A DNA stretch of 62,278 bases, the filler included, from Hausera hauseri (taxonomy: Eukaryota): NCBI GenBank assembly GCA_046269625.1. It is 12 parts of 12 records of this genome, joined end to end, with 100 filler letters (N's around TTAATTAATTAA, not from the genome) between each part and the next. Parts side by side here need not be neighbours in the genome. Positions count along the whole stretch, not along the records: positions 23,403 to 27,669 come from JBJURY010667552.1; positions 27,770 to 31,721 come from JBJURY010863075.1; positions 31,822 to 38,228 come from JBJURY010103987.1; 9 more parts are not named here. One strand, 5' to 3'. Every line of letters starts with the position of its first letter. Position 1 is the first letter of the stretch. This document shows, piece after piece, positions 24,700 to 37,804 of the stretch. The position numbers and the translations under genes are program-made. The notes beneath the pieces were generated by a model. The model saw only the letters and a program-made list of their open reading frames with translations. It ran no database searches and had not been told where the DNA came from.

Positions 24700-27610
24700 C
24701 TCAACGAAGTGTCTCTGTGCGGCTTGTATAGTTTTGTCTGTTGGAGTGCTGTCCAGCTCAGTCAGCTCCAATAATGATCTGATGGAAGTGCCAAATAATG
24801 CTTCTGCAGGTGAGCAGCCTGTAGAAGTCGATGGTGTGATCCGCCAGCCAAGCAGAACGTACGGAAGGAGTGTAGTTTAACTGCGATTGGACTCAGCGAG
24901 AATTTTGAGAGACGTTTTCATTGTTCGGTAAAAGCGTTCGAGGAGGCCGTTCAATTGGGGATGATATGGTATTATGTGAATGCGGTTAATTTCCAATCGA
25001 TTGACAAGAGCTTTAAACAGGTTGGATTCGAACTGTGGACCTTGGTCTGAAATGATGTGGCGAGGTGATCCAAACTTCCTGATCCACGTGCGGATGAAAA
25101 CGTCTGCGATGGTTTCTGTGTTGGTGCTCCGAAGTGGGACGGCTTCTGGCCATCGCGAGGAACGGTCCACCATTGTGAGGATGAAATGATGACTGTTGTT
25201 TAAGATTAATGGGCCCACAAGGTTAATGTGAACAGATTCGAAACGAGACGTGCAGGAAAAATGAAATAGTAGTGGCTTTAGATGCTTAGTAACTTTGTAT
25301 TTTTGGCATGCCACACACTGCCTAACCCATGCCTGCAAGTCAGAGTGAATCGACGGCCATACTACTTGGCGTTGTAAGAGTCGAAATGTGGCCTTGGCAC
25401 TGGGATGATGCAACTAATGTACTTTGTGGAACGCTTCTTTTTGAAGCAACTCAGAAAGAATGATTTTGGGATTATTAGGTTTGGAGGTGTCGAAGGCCAC
25501 ACCGTCGATGGTTTTGCAATATTTAAAAGATTAAAGGATGTCAGGAGGTGGCTGGTTTTGTTGAAGTTTGGATTGAGAAAAAATTGGTATAAAATCAATC
25601 GAGCTGACCGATCGGGACAAAAAGTCAGCTACTAAATTGTCGACTCCGTTTAGATAATTAATTATAAAATTAAACGTTGATAAATATGATATGTGCCTCT
25701 CCTGACGTCGAGAAGGCGATTTTATGGCGAGAATTTGGAGCAAGGGATTGTAGTCCGTTTGTATTGTGAAAGTTCGTGCAGTTAACGAATGGTTGAAGAG
25801 TTTTATGGCAAGGACCATTGCAAGCAACTCTCTGTCAAAGATGGAATATCTTTGCTCTTGTGCTGTAAATTTTCAAGAAAAGAATTCCAATGGCTCATGG
25901 GATCCATTTTAACTTGATGGAGTACAGCACCTCTAGCTGTTGTGGATGCGTCGGTGGTTAAGAAAAGTTCTGCATGGGAGTCTGGATAGGCCAGGATTTC
26001 CACAAATTTTAAATTGTCCTTGAGGTGATCGAAGGCATAGACTAAATTGGCGGTCCATTGAATAGGCTGTTTCTTTTTGCCAGAGCTGAATGATGCAAAT
26101 AAAGCGGTTAGAGTGCAACAGTGCGAAACGTACTTACGAATAAAGTGCCAACTTTGAGGAAATAACGCATCTCTGTTGATGTACGTGGTAACTGTATGTT
26201 TTTGAGCTGCGTGATGCGGCCTGGCTGAGGTGAATGTCCGGAGGAACTAATAATGTCCTGGGAAGTTGACTTTATGTTGAAGAAAAGAGCATTTAGAGAA
26301 AATGATTTGCAATTTGTTTTGGTGCAAGCGCTAGACGATTAAACGTAGTTGTTCGGAGTGCTGCTTTGGGGAAGAACATGCAATTAAGATGTCATCAATA
26401 TAGGGATAGGCGAAGTGTAAACCTGAAAGAACTGTATCGATATGCCTTTGGAAGGTCTGGGAAACACTAAAGAGTCAAAAAGGCATAAGGAGGTACTCGA
26501 AAAGGCCGAAAGGTGTAATGACATCCGTTTTTGGAATGTCTGCTGGGCCACCGGAATTTGGTCACATGCTTTGTGTAGATCAATGCAGGAAAAGATGGTC
26601 GAAACATGGAGCCTGTGTAGAATATCGTTGATTAATGGTAGAGGGTAGGCATCCATTGTTGTCGTGGTGTTAAGTTGGCGGTAATTACCGCATGGACGAA
26701 AGGTGCCATCTTTTTTGCAACCACATGTAGTGGTAAAGATCAGACGGATTTGGATCTTCTAATTATGCCTGATCGTTCCAGTGCGAGAAAATTAGCCTTC
26801 ACTGCCCGTCTACGACGAGGCGATAGTGGACAGATCTTTTGACGTATTGGTCTTTGATGTGCTGTTACTATGTGATGAAAGGTGGATTGATGTGGTGCAA
26901 ATGATTTGTCCTTTTTCAGCAGACGCGTGCAGGAGGACGAAATGCATTGCTGTAAATCAGAAGGCAACGATGATAAATTATCCGATGGTGTCGATGCATC
27001 GTGACTGGATGCAGATGAGATATGAGTTATAGACGAGGTATTGTGACTGGGTGGTATTTGGTGCAGGATGTTCATGTTGTAGATAGTGTTGGCAGCTGTG
27101 TTATTAGTAATAAATGCCACGCAGTTGGCAATATCGCATTTGTCACCGTAATAAAAATTTCTATATAATAAATTATTATAAAAATAATTCAAATCGGTCG
27201 TCGTTTACTTCACTGTTGACTCACTGGACGCGATAGCGGGTGTGGTCATCAAAATGCTGTAATTTGATTAAGATTATTTACGCTCTTTAAGGAACATTGT
27301 TTGCAATCTACTAGTAAATTGTAGTGGGACAGAAAATCTGAACCAAATATAGGTGTGCGTACATTAGCTATTGTAAATTTCCATGTGAAAGTGTTTGTGA
27401 AGTGCGGGAGAGTGAATGTTAATGTGGTAACTCCAAAAATTTGTAAAGATTCACCGGACGCAGTGAACAGTTGCTTTTGTGAAGTGTAATTGTGTTGTAT
27501 GTGTTGTGTTGGTGGCAATAGAAAGATTGCTGCGGTGGTGTCTATAAGAAAGTTTATTTTTTGCTTTGTTGGAGTGATGACTGCTGCTTCCAACGTGAAA
27601 ACAGCAAAGG
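24700..27610 (-). mobile_element. pol: Ty3/Gypsy pol remnant: protease-RT-RNase H-integrase
   Basis: PR FLIDTTAA (27249-27593). RT KKDGTFRPCGNYRQLN, DAYPLP, IDLHKA. RH LTTDAS, TDYNPL, NLVADFLSR. IN HPSAKAT...CVACQ, HINLVGPL, SDQGPQFES, YHPQLNGLLER. Confidence 0.93.
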
Positions 27611-28838
27611 AAATGTGTCGGCTATGGTTTTGCTGGTTGTTGCCTTTGCTAAGACTTGCCGTGTGTCCTNNNNNNNNNNNNNNNNNNNNNNNNNNNNNNN
27701 NNNNNNNNNNNNNTTAATTAATTAANNNNNNNNNNNNNNNNNNNNNNNNNNNNNNNNNNNNNNNNNNNNACATGGTGATACTCGACGTAGAAACCGATCG
27801 AATTTGTCTGTGGTGTAGTAACAAATTTTGTTTTCTATTGATGATTAAAATGATCATTTTTACTAGTTTTACAACTTAGTAAATAACTGCAACGTAATAT
27901 ATTAAGAAACTGGAAGGATATATCTTTCAAATTACTATTTTGACAACAGTTTTGTCAAAAAATTTTCACACAAATTATTTTATTCTAAAATAAATATGCA
28001 ACACTTGTTTTCATAGACATTGTCAAATTACACACATTTTACTGATAGCTATACGTTACTTTATTAACAGACCACATCGGCATTTTTTCAGCACTTTCTC
28101 TTTGAAATCATGAATATCCACTTTAATTCTGCACTGTTGACTTGTAGGAGTTATATTTAATATTTCCCGACCAATAAAGTCCGTTAATTGAGCTTTATTA
28201 CCTGCAATGTAAACTGGTGCATTGATCTGATTAACATGTTGAAGGACACTTGCGTCTATAGCCGTCATAGCGAAGTTCACTATGTGGCATGACGGCAATA
28301 GCCGTCCAAAACGAAACGGTCATTTGTAGATACTACAGACATAGCGACACAAATGTGCATTTACCGGCGTACAAGTAGAAGCCTAGTGTCATGTTTTGGA
28401 AACAATTTTTTAGGTTGAATTTCGTTTTCCACCTGTTACACGACTTGCAGCTTTAGTACTTCTAATATTCTAAAAATTACAAAAACATATAGTGTTAATT
28501 TTCGAACTTCACTTGTTTCTACTGTCCGTCAATGTGTTAATTATTGATCTCACAAAGAATGGAAAAGTAACGATTAGCAGTGATTTGTTAAAGAATTTTG
28601 ATGATATCGAATTTGTCGAAGTCGGGTGAATTTAGTAAAACAAAAAGCGAAATATTTCCTTGTTTCGTTTGTATTTGTTTTGCTAATTTTATCATTGGTG
28701 CGATCATTTCACTTACCTTTTTCCACGAGATGAATTGGATTATTGTTATTTATAGTTAGGGACTCCCCCCCCCGCAAGTAAAAGAAACAAACCCAATTTA
28801 ATAGACAAAATAAATACCAAAAAGTCACAATGGAAATA

Positions 28839-31497
28839 TCAGAGGACATCTTTTTCATCAATATTCACAACTTCACCATACGATAAAAATTTGTAATGGA
28901 ATTTGGAATTTGGACATGAAAGCAGTGACGGATCGGAATCCAATTTTGATAGATCGAAATCTGTGGAATCGTTGAGAATTGTAGTCATCGTCTTCTTCGT
29001 GTTATCATTCGTATTTTCCGGACTGCCATAATTGTCATAATCATCTTCATGGATCCTTGCAATAGTCAATTCGAAATCACTGATATTCAACAAACGCAAC
29101 AACGGATAGTGTCGGTGCATTTTGTCCAGCTGAATCACATCCTGATGGTATTTCTCTGAACAGCAATAAAGTGCTCCCGGATCAATCGGATGGGCTTCAG
29201 AATTGAACACGTATCCTCCTGCCTCGATGACACACTCACCACCGGCAATCGTATCAATGACATGATAATGATTCAGACTTGTTGCCGATGTTCCGGCATG
29301 GATAAAATTGTCTTCATCAAACAATAAATACAGATATTTTGTCGTTTCTGCGAGGAAAAATGATTCCATTCGGTTTTCCAGTTGGTGACTGCGAACATCA
29401 TACACCTGAAATTGGAACTTCGTAGCATTTCGGTTACTAATGTAAATTGCCGCCATTTCTACCATAGCAACATGAAATTTATGACATCTAAACACATCCA
29501 TATTTTGTCGACGGAACAATGCCAAACAATTTCAACGATTCGGTTGCTAATGTAATCTCTTCTAGGAAATTCCCTTAGCAACCGAATACAAGTGTACAAA
29601 CGATTCAGGATTATGAATTGTTTAAATTTATCATTTAATACACTATAACTGCGGAAATTTAAATTTGACGGCACTTGTACATTATCCCCCACAGTCAGCT
29701 TTATCATTCCCTTTTATCGTACCGATGAGTGGGAGAATTATGTACAAGAGCCGTAAAATCGAAATTGCAAATTTCCATCACCACGATCATTGGAATGACA
29801 AATTTAAACAAGCGATTCGATTTGTAACTCATTTACGTACCGTGGCAAATCCGCAACTCGTCCGGGCAACCGTTTTGATCGAATGTAAAATGTCGACGCC
29901 CATCTGAAGAACGGCAGGATCTTTCGTAGCCCGATAAACGTACATGACTGACTCGATCAATTCTGGTCGTAAAGGATACGAATTCCGTTGCTGCATCGGT
30001 TCGGCTTTCGGGACACTGTAGAATTCGGGAGTAAATCCGAATTGTTTCCAGACCTGATGGTAATTGTGCAGTGATCGTAAAGCGCCGTCGATATCACCAA
30101 CGAGTGTCTAATCAAATAACAACACAAACACACACAGACACACAATTCATACCAGCAAACCCGGCCAAAATGCCTCCAGACTCTGGAAAACCGGCATAGT
30201 GACAGTAGCTTTGTCCATGTTCACCCAGAAATGCCAATCATCGTGACGCATGTGTTTGTTGATGCGCAACAGATATTCTATTCATTACGTATGATAAATA
30301 ATGACAATGTCCACAGAAACAGCACAATACCGTCGAACATTTTACGTAATTCCGGTTTCCGGAATAACACAGATCCCTTGACGAGATATTCGAAATAAGA
30401 GTCCACACCGTCTCCAATGCCACTGTCTGTAGCTGTCCATTTGCCTTTCATGACATCGATGTGGTTTCCTACAAGACCGGCTTCAGTACGGTGATTCCAC
30501 ATGGATCGAAGAGCGCGCATTGCTACTTCTTCAAAAATGAGGTCACCTGAATGCGGAATACCAAAGAAAAGAACATTAGATTCATTAAATATAACAGTTA
30601 AATATCTTTAATTTAACCACATGAAATGTGATCAAATAAAGTATTAAATCTTAATTAGCTGCATATACCAGAAATTTTCCGTAACGATAAAATGAATTAA
30701 AACAAAGGCAAATCTACACAAATGATTTGTTACAACAAATTAGCACAACATCAACGTATTCCATGAAATTGCACAGACAAAAAATAACAAACCTGTCAAT
30801 CGAGACAAAGCCCCAAATTCAACAATCAAAGTTGTCACACCAGCCGTACAAGTAATCGTCGTCTCACCAATCGGCACACCCGATTGCAAATTCACAGTTC
30901 CATACGGCATACCCGTTGTCGTATTGAATGCTGGTAACAATCGACGTGCAAATGACTCACTCAACCGCAACAGAGGACCACTGCATGGCCAGCCCGGCTC
31001 CAACGGCAATCCGCCACGACGGGACAGCAAATGAGCACTCAACAAACCTCCGACAACTAACAAATCATTATTCAACAATACTAAACGGACAATTAACCTC
31101 GAATGTTTGTCTCAAAAACGGAAACGTTGCTATTTTTCATCGGATTTAATTGAGTCACCAACAAATTAACAACTCGACGGAATTCCGTTTTATTACCCAT
31201 AATAACAAGTGTATCCAATGCGTCAATTAACGACAATGAGAAACTGCCCCATGTGTTCTGTCCATCACACGTCAACGGACGTAACTCATCCAGTGGATAC
31301 GCATATTTCATGTAGCTGTCGTAGGCAAATTGAAACATTTCCTTCACTTCCCATCTGATAAAATATTAATAAAATTCAAGTAAAAATGGATTGATTAACG
31401 CTAATTGTTTCAAATTATGTTGATGGGTTTCGGATATAACTGATATAAATCCCGCAATGTTAATGATATAGAAAAGAAGAAATTTCTTTCTCCACAT
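28839..31497 (-). CDS. EDEM2: ER degradation-enhancing alpha-mannosidase-like protein 2 (GH47); 7 exons, introns at 31355-31399, 31057-31097, 30547-30792, 30278-30330, 30108-30152, 29406-29840
   Basis: Signal peptide. Motifs [94 protein letters not shown]2-type C-terminus (LLSCP...) with no PA domain. GT-AG introns preserve frame. Confidence 0.93.
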
Positions 31498-31821
31498 TTG
31501 AACTTCATCAAAACTGTATATTAAAACAAGTAAATATAATCTATTCTAATTTCGGTATAATTTATTATCTTAACTACAGTGTTCGGTACTTTTCCATTAT
31601 CCCTCTGGAAGAGCAATGTGAGTAAGAGAACTAGAAGATTCCATATCACTTTATATTTCAAATATATAATTGACATTATTCAAACAAATTATCACATTTT
31701 CTAACTTCCCTCTCCCGCCGTNNNNNNNNNNNNNNNNNNNNNNNNNNNNNNNNNNNNNNNNNNNNTTAATTAATTAANNNNNNNNNNNNNNNNNNNNNNN
31801 NNNNNNNNNNNNNNNNNNNNN

Positions 31822-32810
31822 TGTAGCATCGAATATGTGTTGGCTCCGAACAGAAATTTAATGGGTTTCCAAAATTCGTTTACTATATACACGGAAATAC
31901 TGTGCACAACATTGTGAGACAACGATAAATATATGGGCCCGATGATATTTACGTGAGCAGTTTTGCCCGGTGTTTCGTATGTGTCCGAATCCTGCCCAAT
32001 AGAAGTCAATAGTTGTTTACGGTCTCCGCCAACATATAGGGTTAGATCGATTAAAATATTGATTCGTGAAATGCTTTGTAGAGACGTGGTTTGTGTTTAG
32101 CAAGAATGGGCCGAGCGCTGCCGGTTTGACCGAATCCTCATTTCTTAAAACCCAGATTCCGTGCCAATAGTTTATCAAGGGGAAAATATGTAACAGTATC
32201 ATGTAGTGTAAACAAAATACTACCATCAGAGTTTAATTCAAATGTCTTGAGAGCCAATTTAGCTACAACCTTCATGGTTGCGCACAATTCTGTTTCCTTT
32301 TCCGCAAGAAAATTAGTTCCTGTTGTATGAGAGTAAAAGAATGATTCAGTCTTTTGCCAGTTCACTGTAATCTCGGTGGTTTTAATGGTGTTCAATTTTC
32401 CACTAATTATACTATGTCCACCGAGCTTCATACATTTCGAACGCACATTGACAGATTGAAAACTCCATGTCTGAGCGGCGGCTAGTGATTTAAATTGCAA
32501 TTTAATCGGATGTTTGTGTTTTAGCACCAATCGATTGTTTAAATGAAAAATATAAACAGGGAAATATTGCCGTTGGTAATTGCGAACATAGAATGTTCCA
32601 TTAGAGTCTCGGACTAACTGCAAACGCTTAGATGCAGTATATTGATTTATTAGGATATAGTATATTCCATTGTTCTTATATATTGTTATTGGTGAAAATG
32701 TAAACGTGAATTCCACGAAAGCCACTTCCCAGGCTCCCTGGATTAGTCCAGCGGTTGGTCCAACGCCATGGTAAACCGTTCAGCGGTATGGTTATTGTTG
32801 TTGTCATGTT
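31822..32810 (-). pseudogene. Polinton/adintovirus minor capsid (penton)-like protein, frameshifted
   Basis: N-terminal NNHTAERFTMALDQPLD/IQGAWEVAFVEF and C-terminal PIYLSLSHNVVHSISVYIVNEFWKPIKF fit polinton penton patterns. Directly follows the integrase. Confidence 0.65.
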
Positions 32811-32849
32811 CTGATAATCTGTTACTATCAAGTATTAAATAAGTGCTCA

Positions 32850-33921
32850 TCACTCAATCTGCGATGCAAAAATCCAACTCGGTGTAGTACATCCGTGCCA
32901 CTCGAGGAGATATTGTTTATTCGAACCTTTGCCGCATAAACGTAGAATTTCCTGAATACGATACACATCGGGTTTCTCGGGCAGTATCTGCAGTTCCTGT
33001 TCGTAGAATTTACCGCGTATTTCCTCACCGTTTTCATCCTCTAAAACGTACATGACAGGTGTCTGTTTTGTGTTGATTGCCGAAATGCGGAAAACCTTGT
33101 CGCTCCAGTTCTGATTGAAATTCTTAATGAATGGCATCGTACTTATTTTCGAAATACGTACATAATCACCAATTTTAAATTTTGGGAGTTCAGTTGGTCG
33201 TCCTCGTCGGTTTTGATAAAGCCACATGTCCAAACCATCGATTAGGTCAACCGACAGTAATCCGTTGAATGATTGTATGTGTCGAATGATTTTATGTATG
33301 AATGATATCCGGCAGTACATCTACCCAGCGTTTGTTGCCTTGCTTCGTAAAGAATTTGTTTAGGCGACCTGGCAATGTTCGACTAAATCGTTCAACGAAT
33401 GCAGCCTTGTATTGGGAAAACACGGAGTAGTAGTTTACGCCGAACCGTTTCAAGACCGCTGCAACGTGCGCGTTGTACAATTTTTTGTACAAATCCGTTT
33501 GTAAATGCTACGGTTGTTGTTGCTGTTGCATCAGTGTCTGAACAGCGTCGAAAATCTCTTTACCGAATTTAGATTTCACGGCAATTGCACGTGCAAAACG
33601 ACTAAACACATCAACGCATGTCAGCACGTACTGATGCCTATTGTTGATGCTGGTGTAAAGAATTACTTCCATCAGATCCGTTTGCCGTACATTATTTACA
33701 CCGGCAGCACGGTATGCACGAGTTGGAAACTGCCTTCTCATCGGTTTGTTTAGTCTGTATGCTAACTGTTTTCCGAGCCAACGTTGGGTCTGTTGCCGAG
33801 TCTGTTTGACAGTCTTCGCCAGTTGGTCGACGCTAGTAAACCCCTCGGGATGATGCGGTTAGAACCAAACGTCGCTCATCGGTGTTGTTTTCGTCGTCGA
33901 TGGTGCTGGTTTTGCTTGCAT
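32850..33921 (-). pseudogene. Polinton-type retroviral-like integrase with C-terminal chromodomain
   Basis: WLGKQLAYRLNKPMRRQF, QTDLME, YVLTCVDVFSRFA, KAAFVERFSRTL, PKFKIGDYVRISK, NWSDKVF, GKFYEQEL and chromodomain YRIQEIL...QYLLEWHG...SWI. Confidence 0.92.
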
Positions 33922-33989
33922 TACAACAATTAGAACGAAACGTAAATGAAAGATTCGGTAAACTGGGGCAAAATGATGAAAACCATGCA

Positions 33990-36900
33990 TTTATATCGCC
34001 GAATCACCATATACTTACCGTCACTGTTTATACTATGCTGCTTCTGTAGAACCAATGAGTCCATCCAGTAATGACGTGACAATCGGTAGAATTTCACCAA
34101 GGAATCCGCCGTCTTACTGGTACATTACCTCTCCTTTCAGTCGTTTACTACGGGCGTTTGCAAGGCCAATTAGTCCTTTTAGATACCTTAGTAAATTCCG
34201 CTTTTTACTTTCGCCTTGAAGCATCCGATTTTGATTGTGATCGCGCTGCTGTACAGAAAATGGTTCTGCAGGAAGTTGGACGTGTCCAGTAGTCCATCTG
34301 CCATCATTTGCCGGAGCAGCTAATATTGATTGATGTTTTTCGGCTCAAGGAAAAAGCTGTCTGTGTCATCGGCAACGACACTGATCTCATATCAGCCGCC
34401 GCCAAAGATTTGCCGGTAACGTGTCAAGTCGCGATATTGAAACTTGTACATTTGCATCTTGCTCAGGTTTAATACCACTTGTCCGATATAGCTTGGATGT
34501 CCAGTACGACTTCTTCTCTGTTTAGAAGCACGGCGACTAATCCATCGGCAATATGCCTTGATCGTCTGGACTGAGCCTTGCTGGTGTACGTAACCAGTCG
34601 TTTTGCGTTGTTGCACAGGCGTACATTAAGCCGCTTCTTCAGATTCTTCACTGTTTTCCCGTACAGTAAATTGTTTTTGAGCTTGTAATAGTTCTTTTCG
34701 AACTTTGTATAAGCTGCGGCTCGTTTCTCCGAATTTCCATCAATGTACGTCTTGAATATCGGCGCCTGATTGAAGCGGATTGCACGATGCAGCTGTGTGA
34801 CGGGTACACCGAGCTGCATGTAAAACTGCAGTAGACGCCAATGAACTACGTAATTCGATTTGGGTTCATGTGTCATGAGCAGTTTCTTTACTTTTGAGAA
34901 GGGGGAGACATTGGCTGATTGGTGACACGGGTAATTCGCCCAAAGCGTCATACAGCTGATCGGGTACCACGAGATCAACTTCCGTCAGGTAGCCGATTGA
35001 GCTGCTTCCTGTCGTGTTTGCTGCTGGCAGACTGTTTTTAGACAATCCATCCAAATGAACCGTACAGCAAGGGTTGCGAAAGTGCCCAGCCGTACAGGTT
35101 ACTAATGTCAATATACAGGTGGTGGTAGTATCATTACCACTGGCTACGTGATGTTTGTTGACAAACGTCATGTCGCCACGAATGCCAAGATCAAACAAGC
35201 GATATATTTCCGGGTCTTGCAGCAGCTCAATGTCCCGATCAAGTGACATTAGAGCGGATGCCCAACTCATCCCCGATATGGAGTAAAAATTAAGCGGCTC
35301 CAGCCTATCGTTCTCCAATGCTTTAACCCGAAACGCTTGGAATACGTCGGCTAACAAGTACACGTCCAGTTTCAGGTACTGGAGCATGTACTCAAACAGA
35401 TTGCGGCAGCCCAGCTCTGTCCAAAATCCCTCTGCTTTCTGGTACTCGTCCTCTGTAATTCCGGCCCATTGTGGTGTCAGTTGCTCTGTTGTCTGCAGTT
35501 GTCATACGATACAGCAAAGTCATATGGGAATATGCCTTTGCTGCGTGCAATATGCCCGGGTAACTGCGTCAGTGTCAGCGGCACATCTGGCAATGCATTT
35601 ACGAGCTTTGCTAGACACTCATTGAGGAACTGCAATGAGTCACGAAATCGTAACCGTAACCGATTTATGCGTGTTGATAGAGACAGGTACTTCTCCATCG
35701 TTGTTGGGATTATGGATAGCTCCCAATGCGGAAATCCGTTTATGGCTCATTTTAAAACATAGTGACAGTCATAACTCCTGAAGTTATGAAATATCACCGG
35801 CAGGAATGTCCGCATCTGTCTTGCCAAATTATATGAATTGCATGCTGCTCTCAAATATTGACCGGTAAAATGATCATGACCCGGTACGAGCCGTTCCAGT
35901 GCATTGAACGGTAATATTTTGTGGCACAGCTAACATTCATCTGTGGCTTCAAACATCAATGGTTCATATTTATATGTCCACATCAAGGGTTTATTGCTAT
36001 TCCTACTGTACCAGGATGCAACTTCCGATTCTACTATTGTTTCCAACTGCTTTAGGAAATCTCGTGCGCAATTTCAGCCATGAAAAACGTAATATTGCGG
36101 TTTGCCTTCAGCTTTTATTGGGATAACCAGCATGTCAACAGAAATTGGAATATGTTTTTGATCATATACGTTGTGCCGTGGTAGGATTGCCTCAATATCA
36201 GCATATACAACGTATGGCAAACTTTTAGTTTTCAACCAGTCACTAAACCTCAGTTCCTTTTTTACTGGCATGACATACATTTTGTCTGCACAACGTCACA
36301 TGCTTTTCCCATGTCGTTTGTGACCTGAAGCAATGCAGACACACAGGACACCGTTTGTATCGTATTTGGTTTTTGATAAATTAATCATGATCCATATTCA
36401 GCAATCTATCCAAATTTGTCACGGCCACGTAATGATACTTTTCCACCCGTTCCTACAGTAACACATTTACTGGGCATCCGTTTGAATTTCGATTTCTATA
36501 GATTATATTCACATGGGGATTCCTATAGAATTCTTCATCTACTGATATTTCAGCTATTGAATTGTACCGGAAAACGTTGATTTACAGCGTCGGATTAAGC
36601 CGTTCAAACGTATGAATAGATTTTAGTTTCATTGGCATCCAGTTTTCATCGAAATCCCATTCGGAAAAATATAGCCGATACTGATATGGACGCTTTGCAT
36701 GTTTTCTGTCCACTTTGTCATATTTTAATACGGCCAAAATACTGTAAAGAAAACAGTATTCATTGTTAATATTTTTTACATTCACTACCGCCACAGACTG
36801 ATTCAGAGCTGCAGGTGTCGGTATGAATGATCGCCCGGACAGGTAAATTATACCACTCGACTTTGTTATGATAAAGCCAAGAGTGACAATTTTTATAATT

Positions 36901-37490
36901 CGCCATCCACTACCCTTTTCAGTGTAGTTGGCGATTTTCTCCTCTAGCTTTTCGCCTACGTTGGCAATAAAATCTTCGGAATACGGTACGGCTCGATGTG
37001 ACAGGTACCATTGTTTTCTGTCACATTCCAAATCTTCAAATTCTGCAAGTTGGTTTTGGAATTTGGTCACCTCTGTTTCCAACCGGTTACGCACATCAGC
37101 GGGTACACCCTTTAATTGCGTTGCTGTTTTCACTGACATATCCACCTGCATATCAACGTACGATGTGTTTAGATCGTACTTGACTGTAATGTTTGGAATA
37201 CTGGCCTCCTGTTCTTGTTGATGCTGTTTCTGCTGCTGCGGCTGCTGCTGCTGTTGTGTACTGTTTCCTATTAAGTAGTCAAGACTGGTTTGAGGCCTGA
37301 CGTTTTCTACTGGTTGCTGTTGTTGTTGTTATTATTGTTGTTGTTGACAGAATGCTGCTGCCGCTATCCATAAATATTTGTTTCTTTGACTGCTTAAACT
37401 GGTTTAAGTGGTCCTTCTGCAGATTATAAAATTGTTCATAGTTGATTTAACCTTCAACTATTGAACAACAGGGGCAAACGTAGGCCCGTT
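33990..37490 (-). pseudogene. Protein-primed family B DNA polymerase (Polinton/adintovirus), many stops and frameshifts
   Basis: EKGSGWRI, YCFLYSILA, YVVYADIEA, HDHFTGQY...ACNSYNL, IFHNFRSYDCH, FRDSLQFL, KGIFPY, YLKLDVYLLADVF, YIDISNLYGWAL, KLKNNLLYGKT, VADDTDSFF. Confidence 0.93.
37215..37360 (-). repeat. CAG/CAA microsatellite (poly-Gln) in the pPolB N-terminal region
   Basis: TGC/TGT repeat runs on the plus strand translate as QQQQQPQQQKQHQQEQ in frame with the PolB N-terminal ORF. Confidence 0.7.
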
Positions 37491-37552
37491 TGTTGTGCAG
37501 CGTTGTGGTTATGCCATAGCACTGCTCCATTACACTATGAGAACCATCAACG

Positions 37553-37804
37553 TCATACACTTTTACTACAGTATCGCGGGTACATGGGGCAATGCACAAC
37601 CATCATCTTCTTAGACCGAGTAAACGGCCCGAGATGATGCTTGTGCATCTCATAAAAATTGGAGTACGGACAGCGGGTTGGCACATCACACGTTGGACAC
37701 ACATACCTGTCCGGACCAACTTTGTAGTATTTAGCCATCTCTTGATGGCACTGTTCCCTTTCGCATGTATGCGATAGACGTAATACATTCGATATTGAAT
37801 GCAT
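37553..37804 (-). CDS. Small Cys/His-rich (zinc-finger-like) Polinton accessory ORF
   Basis: 83 aa with C-x4-C, YVCPTC, HKHH and HCPMYPRYC; same strand as and just upstream of pPolB. Confidence 0.4.
   Translation of the reverse strand: MHSISNVLRLSHTCEREQCHQEMAKYYKVGPDRYVCPTCDVPTRCPYSNFYEMHKHHLGPFTRSKKMMVVHCPMYPRYCSKSV

Noticed and set aside
28056-28450. Possible cystine-knot/TGF-beta-like peptide (YAGKC...KKCRCG)
   Set aside because: The Cys spacing is incomplete (no CC motif) and stops interrupt the frames; not supportable.
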